From Desulfatiglandales bacterium (GTDB lineage: Bacteria > Desulfobacterota > DSM-4660 > Desulfatiglandales > Desulfatiglandaceae): a stretch of 64,000 nt of DNA. Position 1 is the stretch's first letter, and each line of letters begins with the position of its first letter. The DNA lies in contig OY759599.1 in assembly GCA_963662465.1 (NCBI GenBank), forward strand, positions 224,001 through 288,000, in the 5' to 3' direction. The position numbers were made by a program, and so were the translations under genes. A model generated the notes under the pieces. The model worked only from the letters and a program-made list of their open reading frames with translations, ran no database searches and was not told the origin of the DNA. This document shows positions 63,662 to 64,000 of this stretch, in pieces.

Positions 63662-64000
63662 TTAAAGGGGTGGGTCAGTCCCCGTATGGTGTTGGAAGCG
63701 GTTATTCCTGATTTTTTCTGATCCAGGGTGGGTACAAAAGCCCAAAGGAGGCGGCAGAATCTGTAGAAATGGGGCTGCATATTGCCGGAGTTCTGGAAGA
63801 ACATATGACACGCAAAGCGTCTGGCGAAAGGACGACAAGGTCGGCTCACAGGCTGAAAACATAGAAGGCATAAGTTCGATCAACATCTTTAATGCTGATC
63901 GGATGGGAAGGATTCTCCGTCTAACCCAGCGAAGGGCACCCGGGAGAAAAATATCAACGCGAATCCTTTCAACTGCCTTCTCTTGAGATGGGGCTTTTTC
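63662..64000 (-). CDS. 3' part of a mobile-element hypothetical protein (runs off the window)
   Basis: Open frame from the window edge: ..RIRVDIFLPGALRWVRRR..LPPPLGF..GTDPPL. Confidence 0.6.
   Translation of the reverse strand, partial: EKAPSQEKAVERIRVDIFLPGALRWVRRRILPIRSALKMLIELMPSMFSACEPTLSSFRQTLCVSYVLPELRQYAAPFLQILPPPLGFCTHPGSEKIRNNRFQHHTGTDPPL

Noticed and set aside
1..64000. CRISPR array, tRNA or rRNA genes
   Set aside because: No regularly spaced repeat-spacer series or recognisable structural RNA genes were found by eye.

Overview
This window looks like an anaerobic deltaproteobacterial (Desulfobacterota-like) chromosome, inferred from gene content. The first ~33 kb is mostly ordinary: a CobC-like phosphatase, a PilB/GspE ATPase followed by a minimal chemosensory set, cobA-hemD, serA, recQ, an acyl-CoA ligase, a hybrid kinase, gnd-zwf and a DsrE-like protein. 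It also holds a sigma54-controlled operon (USP, SLC13 permease, two cytidylate-kinase-like proteins, two-component genes). From ~33.5 kb the window is mostly mobile-element debris (DDE transposase fragments, a group II intron stub, REP/MITE hairpins, three IS copies) around an intact Frz-ordered chemosensory cluster and cfa. The most striking structure is at 56.7-64 kb. A complete three-recombinase (RIT) element sits inside the catalytic H-S-L-R-H codons of the middle recombinase of a second, oppositely oriented RIT-like trio. Its junctions reconstruct a perfectly palindromic circle junction with two identical inverted core sites, and their 6-bp spacer GCTGCG equals the target sequence. All calls come from motif recognition only; no database searches were run.
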